NCBI RefSeq assembly: GCF_001598795.1
Contig: NZ_BCZP01000050.1
Coordinates: forward strand, 1-15,767
Source of the DNA: Delftia acidovorans NBRC 14950
GTDB lineage: Bacteria > Pseudomonadota > Gammaproteobacteria > Burkholderiales > Burkholderiaceae_C
DNA length: 15,767 nucleotides
Direction: 5' to 3'
In this document: piece by piece, positions 14,339-15,767 of the stretch
Numbering within the stretch: position 1 is the stretch's first letter
Layout: every line of letters begins with the position of its first letter
Translations under genes and position numbers: made by a program
Notes under the pieces: model-generated
The model's input: the letters and a program-made list of their open reading frames with translations, nothing else
Told to the model about the DNA's origin: nothing
Database searches by the model: none

Positions 14339-15767
14339 CTACCAGGAGCGGGAGAAACCGCCGTTGCGGCGAACGGGTGCCGCACGGCGCGGCGCGGGGG
14401 CCGACGCACGGGGCGCGGTGGTGATGGAAACGGGTGGCGCGTCCGACGTGGGCGCAGCCGTGGGAGCCGGCGGCGCCACGCTGGCGGGCGCTTCGGGTGG
14501 GCTGAAAAGGTCGCGGGCTGGCTGCACCATCTGCTCGACCTGCGCCCAGCGCGCATCGGTGTACTTGTGCAGGCCCTGGGCCATGGCCGCGTGGATGGCG
14601 TAGTTTCGGCAGTCCAGGTCCTCATTGCGCTGGCGGCGCTTGACCCAGCGGTAGGCCTCGCGGCCCTGGACCTTGGCCAGGATGCGCTGCTCTGCGGTCA
14701 GCTGCTCGAAGAACTCGCGCGGCAGATCCTCGCTGAAGTGCACGCACCCCGGGCCGGCGTCCGTGATCGCCAGCTGGCCCAGCAGCAGGTCCTTGGCGTT
14801 GTCCACGCCCACCAGCCAGAGCTTGATGCCCTGCTTGATCTTCTGGCCGCGCCAGTCCATGTCCTGCATGCTGGCCGGTCCCACGATGGGCCGGTTGTCG
14901 TTGTTGTCGCCCTTGATGGCGCGCAGGTTGGGCAGCATGTGCTGGTGCGTGCGGACATAGTTGTAGACCGCCTGTGTCTGGTCGGACGAGTCGATGCTGA
15001 TGGCGCTCAGGCCCAGGCTGCCGCCGTGCCAGGCCTGGCGGTAACGGCGCTGCAGGTAGGCCGTCACGGGCGCCCAGTCGGCTTCGCTGGATGGGTTGCC
15101 CTCGATGATGTGGCGGTCCACGATCCAGCTCTCCATGCCGCGCGCCCAGGCCCAGACGTTGATCTGCCACCAGGTGCGCTGCACGTCCACGCCAGCCGTC
15201 AGCACCAGGCCGCCCACTGGCACCGTGCCGATGGCATAGGGTTCGGCGCGGGCCTGCAGCACATGGTCGTCGGTGCCCTCCCCCTTCAGTTCCCAGGCCT
15301 GGCCCAGGGTCTCGTTGGTGAACGAGGTCATGGGGCCTGCATCGCCCTCCTGCAGGGCGCGGTGGGCCTTCTCGAACTCGTCAACGATGGACGCCCAGGT
15401 ACGCTGCGGGCTGTAGGCGGCCCAGATGTGCACGCCCAGCGTGCGCGGCGGCCTGCAAGGCGTGCCATCGGCAGCGCGCCAGATCCGATCTGCACCGAAG
15501 CGGCGGCCAGACCTCCGGCACACCCAGGCGCCCGTCAGCGGCCAGCCGCCCGGCAGGTACTCGGCCTGGCTGATGGACTCTCGGCAGTGGGGGCACATGT
15601 GGCGCACAGTCTCGGGCTTGCCGGCCTCCCACTTGAAGCCATGCATGGCCTCCTTGCCGCCCCAGGTCAGCGGGTGCTCGGCCTCGCAGCGCGGGCACTC
15701 GATCAGGTAATCGACCTCGTCCTCGGAATCCTCGCAGGCGCGGCTGACGTGGCACAGGCCCTTGATG
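14339..15767 (-). CDS. Terminase large subunit, lambda GpA family; N-terminus lies outside the window (partial)
   Basis: The frame stays open upstream of the track Met: I translated 15766..15647 as IKGLCHVSRACEDSEDEVDYLIECPRCEAEHPLTWGGKEA. A CPRC...CPHC four-Cys pair is followed by LTAGVDVQRTWWQINVWAWARGMESWIVD and ISIDSSDQTQAVYNYV, characteristic of the GpA nuclease half. The protein ends in a Pro/Ala-rich ~55-aa tail, with stop TAG at 14341..14339. Confidence 0.93.
   Translation of the reverse strand, partial: IKGLCHVSRACEDSEDEVDYLIECPRCEAEHPLTWGGKEAMHGFKWEAGKPETVRHMCPHCRESISQAEYLPGGWPLTGAWVCRRSGRRFGADRIWRAADGTPCRPPRTLGVHIWAAYSPQRTWASIVDEFEKAHRALQEGDAGPMTSFTNETLGQAWELKGEGTDDHVLQARAEPYAIGTVPVGGLVLTAGVDVQRTWWQINVWAWARGMESWIVDRHIIEGNPSSEADWAPVTAYLQRRYRQAWHGGSLGLSAISIDSSDQTQAVYNYVRTHQHMLPNLRAIKGDNNDNRPIVGPASMQDMDWRGQKIKQGIKLWLVGVDNAKDLLLGQLAITDAGPGCVHFSEDLPREFFEQLTAEQRILAKVQGREAYRWVKRRQRNEDLDCRNYAIHAAMAQGLHKYTDARWAQVEQMVQPARDLFSPPEAPASVAPPAPTAAPTSDAPPVSITTAPRASAPAPRRAAPVRRNGGFSRSW

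Larger units (their letters stand above)
1..15767 (-). mobile_element. Phage/prophage late structural module (DNA packaging, head, tail), lambda/HK97-like siphovirus organisation. Both ends run off the window.
   Basis: Uninterrupted co-directional series of terminase, gpW, portal, protease-capsid, head completion, tail tube, chaperone, tape measure and fibre genes, with overlapping or near-abutting stop/start codons. Confidence 0.9.

Noticed and set aside
14339-14500. The Pro/Ala-rich ~55-aa C-terminal tail of the terminase, considered as a separate feature or gene.
   Set aside because: It is continuous in frame with the GpA-type body, and low-complexity tails are common in high-GC orthologues. 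There is no evidence for an independent function.
13981-14625. The N-terminal ~97 aa of the 214-aa track ORF, and the similar 5' over-extensions of ORFs 8858..9565, 9330..10109, 7671..8492 and 48..1316.
   Set aside because: The extensions overlap the 3' end of the preceding gene in another frame and read as Arg/Pro-rich junk. Internal ATGs placed right after the upstream stop codons give sensible proteins, and most (14334 is an exception) have Shine-Dalgarno sequences.
1-15767. A search for tRNA, CRISPR repeats, IS/transposase ends, att-like direct repeats, and toxin-antitoxin or defence cassettes.
   Set aside because: No cloverleaf-like or regularly spaced repeats were seen, and no inverted terminal repeats. 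No ORFs fall outside the structural gene series, and coding density leaves no room for cargo apart from the Mor-like gene.

Overview
The whole 15.8-kb window is one tightly packed late (packaging-head-tail) operon, entirely on the minus strand. It belongs to a lambda/HK97-type siphovirus or prophage from a high-GC host; most 60-nt blocks I counted are about 65% G+C or higher, which looks Burkholderiales-like.

Gene order in the direction of transcription, from high to low coordinates:
- 5'-truncated GpA-type large terminase
- small Mor-like HTH protein
- gpW-like head-tail joining protein
- lambda-family portal
- prohead protease/scaffold/major capsid fusion
- DUF2190-type decoration protein
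- FII-like head completion protein
- gpU-like tail terminator
- major tail protein with a C-terminal B-repeat-like domain
- G/GT-type tail assembly chaperones with an in-phase A_AAT_TTT -1 slippery site
- 1657-aa tape measure protein
- 316-aa tail-tip protein of unknown family
- tail fibre whose 3' end drops to about 45-55% G+C

Most genes are separated by 0-20 nt or overlap (ATGA overlaps at 1271-1274 and 2218-2221). I see no tRNA, rRNA, CRISPR array, IS element, integrase, lysis gene or recognisable defence or toxin cargo. The many long plus-strand and alternate-frame ORFs in the track are shadow ORFs typical of high-GC DNA.

I do not find a convincing novel multi-gene system. The least ordinary things are:
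1. A conserved 59-nt dyad-symmetric intergenic module present twice with identical geometry, just upstream of the gpW-like gene and of the capsid gene. Both of these genes lack a Shine-Dalgarno sequence.
2. A Mor-like DNA-binding gene wedged between the terminase and gpW-like genes, immediately upstream of one copy of that module.
3. A possible nested internal start inside the protease-capsid fusion.

All family assignments come from motif recognition by eye, with no HMM or BLAST run, and need confirmation.
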